In this document: positions 15,418 through 28,225 of the stretch, piece by piece
Layout: each line of letters begins with the position of its first letter
Position numbering within the stretch: position 1 is the stretch's first letter
The notes under the pieces: generated by a model
Databases searched by the model: none
Told to the model about the DNA's origin: nothing
Seen by the model: only the letters and a program-made list of their open reading frames with translations
Assembly: GCF_009914755.1 (NCBI RefSeq)
Contig: NC_060930.1
Length of the DNA: 64,000 nt
From: the human T2T-CHM13v2.0 reference genome, Homo sapiens
Reading direction: 5' to 3' (one strand)
Position numbers and translations under genes: made by a program

Positions 15418-17353
15418 TTCCAAACCGAGGCTTCTAACTGGATGTTCATTCCCAGCCATTTGGAAGGCTCAGCTGAAAGCCAGTGAGCCAGAAGCCAGCT
15501 CCACTGATCCTGCTTTCCAGACTGGCCATTCTCACAATGTTCCATTAGGCAATAGGGCTCTTCGGGGAAATTAATAGAATGTAGGCTTCAGGAATCATCA
15601 GAAAGCTGCAGCTTCCCTCGTCAGGGAAGCTGACGTCTACATCGTCCTCAGTCTAGAACAAGAATAATAGGTGTACCTTAGAAAAATGTGCTTTCAGTCC
15701 ATCAGTAAAAAGCCAATATTGTAAAATCCTATTATCTTTGCTTCAAGTGTTATCAAAAAAATAATAATAATAAAATAAAGGCTTAGAAGTTTCACTGTTC
15801 AACATGGCATTTCGAAATATTCGATGTAATTGTTGTCTTTACATTTGAGACTTTTTTAAAAAATGAATCATTTCCATTAATACAGAAAGAAATCTTTCTA
15901 GTGGAGGCTCAAAATTCAAATAATCAGAATCAGTTCTTCTAAAATGACTTACGTATAATCTTGTTTGCCAGACACTGAAGTAAGATGTCTGTATTAGCAT
16001 TTTCTCCATTGCCGCAGGTTTCTGTCTCTGTGGGTTCGTGAAAACAACCTACAGCCAAAACTATGTCCACATACAGCAAACCCACATGCCACTTGATTTC
16101 ATCAAATGCATAATAGGGGCATTCTAGAACCAGAGCTTTAAATGGCCTTTTTGTCTCCTTCCTCATACATCTGGGGCAGCGAACATGACATTAAAATGCA
16201 GCCAGAAAAATGTCCCATAAAGAACTTTATTGACAACAAGGTAAATTTTTAATAACTCTTCAGTAGGCTTCATTCAAGAGGGGGTAATATGTCATATGAG
16301 TAGGATTTTTACAGCTCTCATAGGAATTCCCCATATTAAAAGAATGTTTGCAGTTTAGAGAGAACCCAACTGCAAAACATTCCTGAACTGTGACAATATT
16401 TGTCTCAATCTAATATTATGTGGTGGATCTTTGTTTGTGGAGAGGGGAGAGGCTACGTCCTGCTGGAGTGATTTTTCCATCAATTCAGGGCTCAGCAAAT
16501 ATGACCCAAACAAACAACCAAATTGATTAAAATGCTTTATTGAGAAGGAAGAGATTGAGTCTTGGAGACCTGTTTCAATAGCTACTCATGTCACCAGCAG
16601 GGCAAAGGCCACATAGCTGACAAATACCACCACATCTCACAGAAGAGGCTGAGGCGTCCTGGCCGAATAATGCTTTATTCTGGAAAAGATCTGTACGAAT
16701 CTGCAAAGCAGTGAAAATGTGTGGACGGCTTCTGTTTCTTCAGCCGCAAGGGAGGCCACCCTTCATTGCCGGAGGAAGGCCCGCCCTCCCGGCTGTGGTT
16801 GCTGTGGAGCTCACAGGGGTGAAGGCATGTGGAAATTCACTGCACCATGCCAGCCTGCAGGACTGGGAGCGTAGTTCCCACTAAAGAGCAAACACTGTAC
16901 TGTTTTTCCAAAAAAAAAAAAAAAGTTAAAATCTGGATCCCAATGTTTGTTCACAGCAGGGCTGTAAAACAAGTAGACAAAGATCTCAGGGGCTTTGTGA
17001 CAGCATGGTGGATTGGAGTTAAAAAGAGGTGGTGTCATTTGGATACACAGATAGTCTAGGCGAGCCTTGAGAGCAGAGAAACTGGCCTCCAATCTAAAAC
17101 ACAAAATGAGGGCTAGAGACCGGTCTGAGGTGGAGAGTAAAACCCTTTGGTTAGGATTCAAGGCCAACTAAACTGCAGCTCTGCCTTTACTCTCCAGCCT
17201 TACTTTCTCCATCTGCAAAATGGGAGGGAGGCATTGGAGGTATTTTGTGAAAATCACTTAATACTGTGCTGACACGTAATCTTTCAATAGAAGATAAGTG
17301 AAACATATAAATATAAAATATGAAATAAATAGAGAATAAACAAGGTGAACAGA

Positions 17354-17635
17354 GGCCAGGCGCAGTGGCTCATGCCTGTAATCCCAGCCCTTTGGGAGGC
17401 CAAGGCGAGTGGCTAGCTTGAAGCCAGGAGTTCAAGACCAGCCTGGTCAACAGGGTGAAACCCCCTACTAAAAATACAAAAATTAACCGGGAATGGTGGC
17501 ACGCACCTGTAATCCCAGGTACTCGGGAGGCTGAGGCACAAGAATTACTTGAACCCAGGAGGCAGAGGTTTCAGTGAGCACTCCAGCCTGGGCGACAGAG
17601 TGAGACTCCATCTCAAACAAAAACAAAAACAAACA
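17354..17635 (+). mobile_element. AluS with right-arm deletion
   Basis: TSD AAACAA(G/T)GTGAACAGA at 17338-17353 and 17636-17651. Confidence 0.95.
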
Positions 17636-18500
17636 AAACAATGTGAACAGAAACCTATACACTCCACTCTGAAATCCCAGACAAGTTCATCTTAGATGAT
17701 GTGGCCATTCGGGTCATCAGGGGAAACAACGCTGTGACCAGCCTGCCTTCTGTGACGTGGCACCAGTTTCCAGTGTCACGCAGATGTCACAGCCCTGACC
17801 AGGTTCCATGCACACCATGGAACCCGTTTGTTTAAGTTTGTTTATGGCTCTGAAAACCAAGGCATGAAACTTTAATGTTTTCCACATTACACACCTGAGA
17901 AGTGATGTTGGGTGTTAGCACAGAATACCAGAAAGCATTTCTTTTTGGCCACCGTGAACATAGACCCTATTACTTTGAAGTTTGTTTCCTCCACATTTTA
18001 TTGGTGAAAATGTCAGCCTGGTTCAGTCCATCCTTCAAAGATGTGTGGCTCCTTTTATTCACAAACACCCCACAACTCCTCACTGCCATCGGCCACACCT
18101 GACTTCCTTCTGTCTCCCGTGTTCCAACGTTACATTCTTTTTTCAGAGACCTCTCAGTTACTCCTGGTTTTTAAAACCTGATTGATCATCAGTGACTGGA
18201 CAAACACTTTTTAATTTCCCAAGAACCACAGACAAAAACCATGGTGAGGGATCACTGGGATTTAATCACAGGTGAGATTTAATCTGTTTATTTTTAGCTT
18301 CTTTATGAAAGTTGTAGTTGTAATTTTTTTCCTTCAAAGCGACCCAAGGAACCCTACTTGCATGGTTGGTGTATGTTGAGAACACCCCTTGTCCTGGGCT
18401 TAGAGGGTTCTGGTGAGATTGGCTCACATTTCCTTGACCAGACTCAGGATAGAAGCTCACCGTGGCCATGCTAGCCATCTTCCCCTCCCCAGAAGTGAGG

Positions 18501-18963
18501 TGATATTGTTTGGAGATTTGTCCCCACCCAATCTTATGTTGAGACATAACCCCCAGAAGTGAGGTGATATTGTTTGGAGATTTGTCCCCATCCAATCTTA
18601 TGTTGAGATATAACCCCCAGTGTTGGAGGTGGGGCCTGGTGGGAGGTGCTTGCATCACAGGGGCAGATTCCTCATGGCTTGGTGCTGTCCTCGCCATGGT
18701 GAGTGAGTTCTAGAAAGATCTGGTCCTTTAAGTGTGTAGCCCCTCCCCTGTCTTACACCTGCCCCTGCCATGTGACCTGCCTGCTCCCACTTCCCCTCCC
18801 GCCATGCGTAAAAGCTCCCTGAGGCCTCCCCAGAAGCCCAGCAGATGCCGGCACCATACTTCTTGCACAGCCTGCAGAACTGCAAGCCAATTAAACCTCT
18901 TCTCTTTATAAATTACCCTGTCTCATGTGTTTCTTTACAGCAATGTGAGACAGGCCCAACACG
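18501..18963 (+). mobile_element. MST-family (MSTA-like) MaLR solo LTR with duplicated 5' end
   Basis: TGATATTGTTTGG start, GGGGCCTGGTGGGAGGTG, CCAATTAAACCTCTT; 5-bp TSD TGAGG at 18496-18500, 18560-18564 and 18964-18968. Confidence 0.9.
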
Positions 18964-19318
18964 TGAGGACCCCCTCCTGAGCAGTGCCCTCAGTGGGGGA
19001 AGGACACAGGGGGTCCCCAGCCTGTGCACCCTACCCACCTGCCACAGTCATGGCTCTGTCATGGCGGTCTCTTTGTGGTTTGGTGTCTGGGTCTTCCCTG
19101 CCCTCCCATTTCCTCTTCTGCTGGGTTTGAGCCTCCTGGCTGCTTGCAGGGCCACAGCCCCAGTGCAGCGGGAGAGGAGCCTAAAGCAGCCTCAGGAGCA
19201 ACCCAGGGCCTGGGATGTGGGGGTGGACAGGGTGGGCAGAGGCCAGAGGCCAACATGACGCCCTGGGCCCTCTGTGGAGATTGTTATTGCTGCTCACAAC
19301 AGCCTGTTGAAGAAGCTA

Positions 19319-19900
19319 TGTTGTCTGGGGTAAATACCCGGGGTTCATTGTCTCACACCAGGAAAACTGAGGACATGGACACACATGAGGAGTTTAGGAA
19401 TGGAGGTTTAATAGGCAAAGGAGAGAGAAAGAAAGAGAAAGGAAAACAGCTTTCTCTCTAGTGAGAGAGAGGGGACTTCCCAGAGGAAAAGGCTGGCCAG
19501 CAGATGCGCTGGATTTTATAGTCAGGTTTGAGGAGGCGGTGTCTGGTTTACATTAGGGCTTACAGATTGGTCCCATCAGGTATGACGTTTATATAGCACA
19601 GGGGGAAGCCTGGCCGCCCCACCCTAATCTTATTATGCAAATGAACTTTCCTGTTGGCCAGGCCATCTTGTCTGCCCCTTACTGTGCACGTGGCTGACAA
19701 AGAGAAGGGAAGATGGAGTCACCGTCTTGAACTTGACTGGCACAACTGCCGGCATCTATGTCTGCAGCTCGATTTTACAGGCTGCTCTTTGTTAGAAAGG
19801 AAACTAATTTGGGCCTGCTTTACATGAAAAGGAAAACCTTACTGAGGACTTCCGTACCCTCACTATCTGCCTAAGTAATTTCTTCTTAACTCCTGGATCA
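19319..19900 (-). mobile_element. ERV1 solo LTR, LTR9-family-like
   Basis: Minus strand starts TGATCCAGGAGTTAAGAAGAAATTACTTAGGCAGATAGTGAGGGTACGGAAGTCC and ends ..CCCCAGACAACA; carries CCAAT, TATA and ATTAAA. Family name from recall. Confidence 0.75.
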
Positions 19901-20309
19901 CTGTAAGGCCGGCATCGCTTCCATCCTAGAGGAGAAAGCCTGCATTCGGGGAAGTGAAGTGCTTTGCCCACTCTATCTGTCCACCACACGCCAGCCTGGA
20001 GCTGGTGCAGCAAGGCCAGGTGTGTTCTGCAGCCTCCAGGAACAGAATCCCACCCGCAGCCGCAGGGTCCACGCCCAAGGTCCTGTGTGACAGTTAAGCC
20101 GGACTCAGGGCTGCTTCAATGCCTAGGACGGGGGAGACGTTCCTGCTCTCCGGAAGCTTCAAGAGGAGTTAATGGCCACAGTCAGAAATGCTCAGGGACT
20201 TCCATACTGGGCAGGAAGTTGACCCACCCAACCCCAGAGTCCCTCACAACCCTAACATTCCCTGAGTGCACGCAAGCAAATCGAACAGTTCAATAAGTTA
20301 GCTAAACTG

Positions 20310-20605
20310 CACCAGGCGCAGTGGCTCACACCTGTAATCCCAGCACTTCGGGAGGCCAAGGTGGGCCGATCACTTGAGGTCAGGAGTTTGAGACCAGCCT
20401 GGCCAACATGGCAAAATCCCATCTCTACAAAAAAAAAACAAAAATTAGCCAAGCATGGTGGCTCATGGCTATAATCCCAGCTACTCAGGAGGCTGAGGCA
20501 TGAGAATTACTTAAGCCAGGGAAGCAGAGATTGCAGCGAGCCAAGATGGCACCACTGCACTCCAGCCTGGGCAATAGCATGAGACTCAGTCTCAAAAGAA
20601 AAAAA
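20310..20605 (+). mobile_element. AluS
   Basis: Full dimer; TSD AAGTTAGC(T/A)AAACTG. Confidence 0.95.
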
Positions 20606-20714
20606 AAGTTAGCAAAACTGTAAAGAGCAGTTTATCCAAAGGCCGAAGCAAAGGGAGGCAAGGACATCTTCAGCTCCCACTCCCTCTGAAGTCAGCATAT
20701 CGCATCTCCACGCC

Positions 20715-22392
20715 ATCCAGCACTCTGCATCCCTCCCCTACTCCACCCTGCACTCAGCATCCCATCCCCACTCCCCTGCAGTGTGCATCCTCCCCAACGA
20801 CCCCCTGCAGTCAGCATCCCTCCCCAACTCCCCCTGCAGCCAGAAAACCTCCCCAACTCCCCCTGCACTCAGCATCCCTCCCCAACTCCCCCTGCAGCCA
20901 GAATCCCTCCCCCACTCCCCCTGTAGTCAGAATCCCTCCCCAACTCACCCTGCAGCCAGAATCCCTCCCCCACTCCCCCTGCACTCAGCATCCCTCCTCA
21001 ACTCCCCCTGCAGTCAGAATCCCTCCCCAACTCCCCCTGCACTCAGCATCCCTCCCCAACTCCCCCTGCAGTCAGCATCCCTCCCCCACTCCCCCTGCAC
21101 TCTGCATCCCTCCCCCACTCCCCCTGCAGTCTGCATCCCTCCCCCACTCCCCCATTCAGTCAGCATCCCTCCCCAACTCCCCCTGCAGCCAGAATCCCTC
21201 CCCCACTCCCCCTGCAGTCCGCATCCCTCCCCCACTCCCCCATTCAGTCAGCATCCCTCCCCAACTCCCCCTGCAGCCAGAATCCCTCCCCCACTCCCCC
21301 TGCAGTCCGCATCCCTCCCCCACTCTCCCTGCAGTCCGCATCCCTCCCCCACTCCCCCTGCAGCCAGAATCCCTCCCCCACTCCCCCTGCAGTCCGCATC
21401 CTTCCCCCACTCCCCCTGCAGTCCGCATCCTTCCCCCACTCCCCCTGCACTCAGCATCCCTCCCCAACTCCCCCTGCAGTCCGCATCCCTCCCCCACTCC
21501 CCCTGCAGTCCGCATCCCTCCCCCACTCCCCCTGCAGTCCGCATCCCTCCCCCACTCCCCCTGCAGTCCGCATCCCTCCCCCACTCCCCCTGCAGTCCGC
21601 ATCCCTCCCCCACTCCCCCTGCAGCCAGAATCCCTCCCCCACTCCCCCTGCAGTCCGCATCCTTCCCCCACTCCCCCTGCACTCAGCATCCCTCCCCCAC
21701 TCCCCCTGCAGTCCGCATCCCTCCCCCACTCCCCCTGCAGTCCGCATCCCTCCCCCACTCCCCCTGCAGTCCGCCTCCTTCCCCCACTCCCCCTGCACTC
21801 AGCATCCCTCCCCAACTCCCCCTGCAGTCCGCATCCCTCCCCCACTCCCCCTGCAGTCCGCATCCCTCCCCCACTCCCCCTGCAGTCCGCATCCCTCCCC
21901 CACTCCCCCTGCAGTCCGCATCCTTCCCCCACTCCCCCTGCACTCAGCATCCCTCCCCAACTCCCCCTGCAGTCCGCATCCCTCCCCCACTCCCCCTGCA
22001 GTCAGCATCCCTCCCCCACTCCCCCTGCAGTCCGCATCCTTCCCCCACTCCCCCTGCACTCAGCATCCCTCCCCCACTCCCCCATTCAGTCCGCATCCCT
22101 CCCCCACTCCCCCATTCAGTCAGCATCCCTCCCCAACTCCCCCTGCAGCCAGAATCCCTCCCCCACTCCCCCTGCAGTCCGCATCCCTCCCCCACTCCCC
22201 CTGCAGCCAGAATCCCTCCCCCACTCCCCCTGCAGTCAGCATCCTTCCTCCACTCCCCCTGCAGTCCGCATCCTTCCCCCACTCCCCCTGCACTCAGCAT
22301 CCCTCCCCAACTCCCCCTGCAGCCAGGATCCCTCCCCCACTCCCCCTGCAGCCAGGATCCCTCCCCCACTCCCCCTGCAGCCAGAATCCCTC
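20715..22392. repeat. VNTR, 29-bp unit, ~58 copies (CAGTCCGCATCCCTCCCCCACTCCCCCTG and variants)
   Basis: Direct reading; degenerate at the left edge. Confidence 0.98.
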
Positions 22393-22559
22393 CTTGGCAC
22401 TTTCCTTTCTCCCCTTCCCCCCTATTCCCAGAAAAGCAGGACAGCACCCTCCTGGCTCAGAAGTGTCCCCTGGTTCCCATTTCTCTGTGTCCCTTTCCTT
22501 CCAGGTGGTGTGAGGGTCCAACTCTGAGTTAGGATCTAGGAAACAAGAGTTTCCAGCCA

Positions 22560-22700
22560 TGCGCTGCCACTGAACAGCTGGGAGGTCTTGGCCAAGTAAC
22601 TTCAACTCTGTGGGCCCCAGTTTCTCTGTCTGTAAAATGAATGGTGGGGCCAGGCTTGATCTCTAAAGTTTCCCCCAAGCACTGGAGTTGGGACTCTGAT
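22560..22700 (+). mobile_element. MIR fragment
   Basis: TCTTGGCCAAGTAACTT..CAGTTTCTCTGTCTGTAAAATG. Confidence 0.65.
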
Positions 22701-23412
22701 CCGTGATCTAGAGAATCAGGTGCTACTTCTCCCACGTAGCATTTTACCACCATCTGCCTCCGCGGGCCTTTGGAGAGGAGTAAATACAGCCAAGGCGACT
22801 CCAATCTGGGGCACTCTCCACAGGGGAGGGAGCTGACTCCTGGAGTGGGATCGCCCCACAGAGATGCTGCAGGTCACCCCCCTCCCCTGGCTAAAGCGTT
22901 TCTCAGGGAGGAAATGGGACTTGGCCCAAGGTTGTCCGCAGGGGCCTGGGAATGAGTCACCCTGGAGTGTGGCCCTTGTGGAGAGCATCCTGTGCCAGCC
23001 TCGCCCCCTCCCAGTGTTCTGGGGCCCCTCTGTCAAGGCTGCTTTCTCCAAGGCTGAAAGGGCCCTGGCGCTTTCTCACAGCTCCTCTCTGCTGGGAGCC
23101 CCGCTTGCCATGGCCACCACGCCAGGAGGTTCTTTCCATGTTTACTCGCTTTCTAGCCCATGAGACCTTTCTCTTCTCCCTCTAATCCTTTCTGGCCTAT
23201 GCAGGCATCCCTAAGAGGCCTCACTTCTGTCCTTAATGACCCGCAGCGTGGGACCCCATGCTGGCTCTGTCACACCGAGTGGAATCCCATCTTCCTCATT
23301 ATTTTCCTTGCATTTTCCAACTTATTTTCTCTGGAAAATCTTAAAATTTGAATTGCTGCTTTGTGGGGACAGTTTCAAGTTTGAGTCAGGCAGGATCAGA
23401 GCACCTGATTCT

Positions 23413-23868
23413 TATTTGAATACGATAAACCTTTATTATAACTCTTATTTTAGGGTCGGGGTACATGCGCGGGTTTGTTATATCGGTTAACTGCATGTCA
23501 CAGGGCTTTGGTGCACAGGTAATTTCATCCTCCGGGTAATAAGCCTGGTACCCAGTAGGTATCTCCTCTGATCCTCTCCCTCCTCCCACCCTCCGCCCTA
23601 AAGTAGCCCTGGTGTCTGCTGTTCCCATCTTTGTGTCCATGTGTTCTCATCACTTAGCTCCCACTTACAAATGAGAACATGTGGTATTTGGTTTTCTGTT
23701 CCTGCATTAGTTTGCTAAGAGTAATGGCCTCCAGCTCCATCCACTTCCCTGCAAAAGACACCATCTCATTTTTTTATGGCTGGGAAAGATTCCACGGTGT
23801 ATGTACACCACAGTTTCTTTATCCAGTCTACCACTGATGGCCATTTAGGTTGATTCTCTGTCTTCGAC
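23413..23868 (-). mobile_element. 5'-truncated L1 (old L1PA-type) 3' end
   Basis: L1 3' UTR (TTAGCTCCCACTTACAAATGAGAACATG); perfect 13-bp TSD AGCACCTGATTCT at 23400-23412 and 23869-23881. Confidence 0.9.
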
Positions 23869-24136
23869 AGCACCTGATTCTAAAGGAATAAGGAGAGTAG
23901 TTTGATCCAGTGAGAAATGAGACAGATGTGGGGGGCATCTTTACCGAATGGTGTCCCCGCTGCATAAGCAGAGATGTGTTGCAAGGGATCTCTGGATTAT
24001 AAGCTCCTGTTTTTATCATATCCCCTCATGTGTTGACCAGGTGCTGCTTGCCCAGCATGCTGTGAACCTGCACTGAGAGGGAAGGTGGTGTCTCCGGGGG
24101 TGGGAAGCAGCAGCCTCAATTTGCTGGCAGGGCCCT

Positions 24137-24451
24137 GAGCACCTAACCTAGGGGGGAGCGCCTAACCCAGGGGGAGCACCTAACCCAGGGGGGAGCGCCT
24201 AACCCAGGGGGGAGCGCCTATCCCAGGGGGAGCGCCTAACCCAGGGAGGAGCGCCTAACCGGGGGGAGCACCTGACCCAGGGAGGAGTGCCTAACCCAGG
24301 AGGGAGCGCCTAACCCAGGGAGGGGCACCTTACTCAGTGGGGACCGCTTAACCCGGGGGGAGCGCCTAACCCAGAGGGGAGCGCCTAACCCAGGGAGAAG
24401 TGCCTAACCTGGGGGGAGCACTTAACCCAAGAAGGAGCACCTAACCCGGGG
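24137..24451. repeat. Minisatellite, ~19-bp unit, ~16-17 copies (GAGCGCCTAACCCAGGGGG)
   Basis: Direct reading. Confidence 0.95.
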
Positions 24452-24778
24452 TGGAAGCAGACACCTCTCACGGGAGCTACCCCAAACTCTGCAGAAATCA
24501 TCTGAGTCCCTTTGTTCCTCCCCTTCTCATTCACCCCTTCTTCCTGACCCTTTTCTTAATCCAGCTTCTTTTTATCTCCTTTTCCTCTTTCTCCATCTCT
24601 GTGGCCTAGTCCAAGGATCTCTAGTGGAATTCCGGGGCAGCTATTGGTCCACAGAAACAGAGCAGTGAAGTCCTCCAACAATGCAATGAGTTACTGCAAA
24701 TGAAGGGAAGCACGTGGGTGGAAACAGGCGGGGCCGACCCAGGGAAGGACAGAAATGGGGCTGATAAAGGAAGAAGAA

Positions 24779-25056
24779 GGCCATGCATGGTGGCTCACGC
24801 CTGTAATCCCAGCACTTTGGGAGATGGGCAGATCACTTGAGTACAGGAGTTTGAGACCAGCCTGGGCAACATGGCAAAACCTCGTCTTTACAAAAAATAT
24901 ACAAAATTAGCCAGGGGTGGCGATGTGCACCTGTGGTTCTAGCTACTTGGAGGCTGAGGTGGGAGGATCACTTGAGCCTGGGAGGCAAAGGCTATAGTGG
25001 CTGAAATCACATCACTATACTCCAGCCTGGGCAACAGAGCAAGACCCTGCCTCAAA
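24779..25056 (+). mobile_element. AluJ
   Basis: GGGAGGATCACTTGAGCC, AGACCCTG; degraded tail. Confidence 0.9.
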
Positions 25057-25839
25057 TTTTTTTTTCAAATATTAATAATAATAGAGAGAAACTGAGTCCG
25101 AGTGCCCACTGCCCCTGCTCCCCAGGGCAGGGAGAGGGGATGCAGGGCCAGGCCGTGCTGGACCCGGGCCATGAGTGCCCCTGGGTACCTGGTGGCTCTG
25201 AGTGGTTTTCTTGTAAACCATCTGAGCTGGCTCAAAGGAGCCTCTGCTAAGTGGGGTGACAAATGTCATTCTCCATTGAAAGAAGGAGATCCTCTGCCTG
25301 ACACCTAAAGAAGCTCCCTGGTGTCACGATTCCCCCCTGGCCACTAATCCAACTCTGGAGGCTGTGCTTCATTTCCTCCCTGGTCTCAGCTGTGATCCCT
25401 GCACTTTCACTCCCTTCCCCACCAAAACCCATAAGCTGAGCTCTTTAGAGCAAAGGGCTATTTTTCTGCCCTTTCCCCTACGTCCAGTATGCCCATCCCC
25501 TGATGCATGAGCACCACCCCCAACCCCACTTAGAGGATATCGTGCACACTGCACAGGCCAGCAGCACCTCGCCGCCTGGCCTCCCACATCTGCTTCATGA
25601 TGAGGCTACCAGCGTCCCAGAGAGTGGAACTCAGGTACAACGTGATCAAGGGGCATGACTCAGCTTTTTCTCAAACAGTTCTCTTTGTATCAGTTCGCAT
25701 ATCTTGGACAGTCTTCACTGAAGGGTGAGGATGGGGAAGAAATTCAATTCATGTGTTGAATGCCTATTTGACTAAGTGCAATGCCACTTCACAATGCTTA
25801 TTAAGGAAGAGAAATAAAAATTAATTTTAAAAAGTTAGG

Positions 25840-26845
<1,006 letters not shown>

Positions 26846-27773
26846 AAAATGTTGGATAAAAAAAGTCATGGTCCTTCCCGGAAGCGGTGTAGGAGGGAGG
26901 ACTGGCGAGAGTGCAGCTGACCCCGTGTGATCGCAGCCTGCTGTATGTGAGAGACGCAGTTGCAGTGAGGAAAGCACGTGCCCCTCACTCCACATTTGTG
27001 GGCAAAATGTCAGGAATCCAAGGAACACTATTCTTAGAACTGGACGTTTTGGGACAGTCCCTCGGTGCAATCCTCAAGGGCAGTAGCCTGGACCGATCCG
27101 AAGACCCTGCCACTCCCCCTCTCCCAATGCCGCTGCCACCAGAAAAGACAACTATCAGAAACTTCCAAGCTGAAAATCCTCAGTGTTGCAAGGGCCAGTC
27201 GAGGTTGTCTTGTTCCACTTCCCACCCAGTGCAGGAACGCCTGGACCTGGCAAAACCCTGACACAGGTCAACCAGATGTTTTGTGTCTTCTGACCTGCAG
27301 CAAGTAGAAGTCCCTGCAATGCTTTCTGTCCAGCAACGTTTAACTCGAGGCCATCAGCGGTTTAGCTATGAGCGCCAGTTTACAGGCAATGCAGGGGTTG
27401 TGCAACACAGCCGGCCCAAAATAAGCCAATACCATAAAAAGAGGACTTCAGGGACACAACCACCAGTTAACATGCATGGCCACGGACTGGTTACTGGTTT
27501 GAACGAAGCTACCAGAAAGAACACACAATTTGAACACAGACCAGGTATTAGAGAAGAAATGTGGCAGACTAGAGAGATGGAGACTGTTGTGTAAAGCAGG
27601 CTACCCAACGGGATACACATTCTGTCTCATTCTGAGACACGGTTTCTTCAGGAGGATGTACCCTGAGCTAGTCACAGTGACGATCTCTGAGCCATAAAAA
27701 TGTAGAGTTTTTACTCCTTCATTTTCTGATCATCTCTATTTTCTAAGTTTCTACCATCCGTATGTGCCACATC

Positions 27774-28225
27774 TGTCGCAGGTTGAACTGTGTCCCCCAG
27801 ATTCATGTGTTGAAGTCCTAACTCCCAGGACCTCAGAAGGTGACCCTGTTGGGACAGAGGGTTATTGCAGGTGTCATTAGTCAAGTTAGGATGAGGTCAT
27901 ACAGTAGGGTGGGCCCCTAATCCAATATGTCTGGTGTCCTTATAGAAAGAAGGAATGTGGACACAGACCCGCATGCAGGGAGATGCTGTGTGAAGAGGAA
28001 GGCAGAGACCAGGATGATGCTTCTACCAGCCAAGGAACACCAAAGACCACCGGCCACCTCCGGGTGCCGAGGTGAGTCCTGAGCCACGCCTCCCTTGGGG
28101 CCTCAGCAGGACCCAGCTGCGACTGCACCTTGGCCTATGACTTCCAGCCTCCAGACCCTGTGCGGTGCATTCTTGTTACTTAAGCACCCAGTCTGTGGTA
28201 ATTTATGTTGGCCAGCAAACTAACA
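27774..28225 (+). mobile_element. MLT1 (B/C-like) MaLR LTR
   Basis: GTTGAACTGTGTCCCCC..GTTGAAGTCCTAAC..GATGAGGTCATA..GACTTCCAGCCTCCAGA. Confidence 0.85.

Noticed and set aside
15609-15632. Perfect 10-bp hairpin CAGCTTCCCT-cgtc-AGGGAAGCTG
   Set aside because: Roughly one such stem is expected by chance in 64 kb, and it is too short for a pre-miRNA
20715-22392. PRDM9 hotspot motif array
   Set aside because: Units do not fit CCNCCNTNNCCNC in the registers I checked
20781-22532. 583-aa Pro-rich ORF and many Gly-rich minus-strand ORFs
   Set aside because: Artefact of a stop-poor 29-bp VNTR; non-ATG start and no coding context
20715-24451. CRISPR-like appearance of regularly spaced repeats
   Set aside because: Units are head-to-tail with no unique spacers, there are no cas genes, and the DNA is primate
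24137-24451. Interstitial telomere or chromosome fusion relic
   Set aside because: Only one partial hexamer per 19-bp unit; no (TTAGGG)n run
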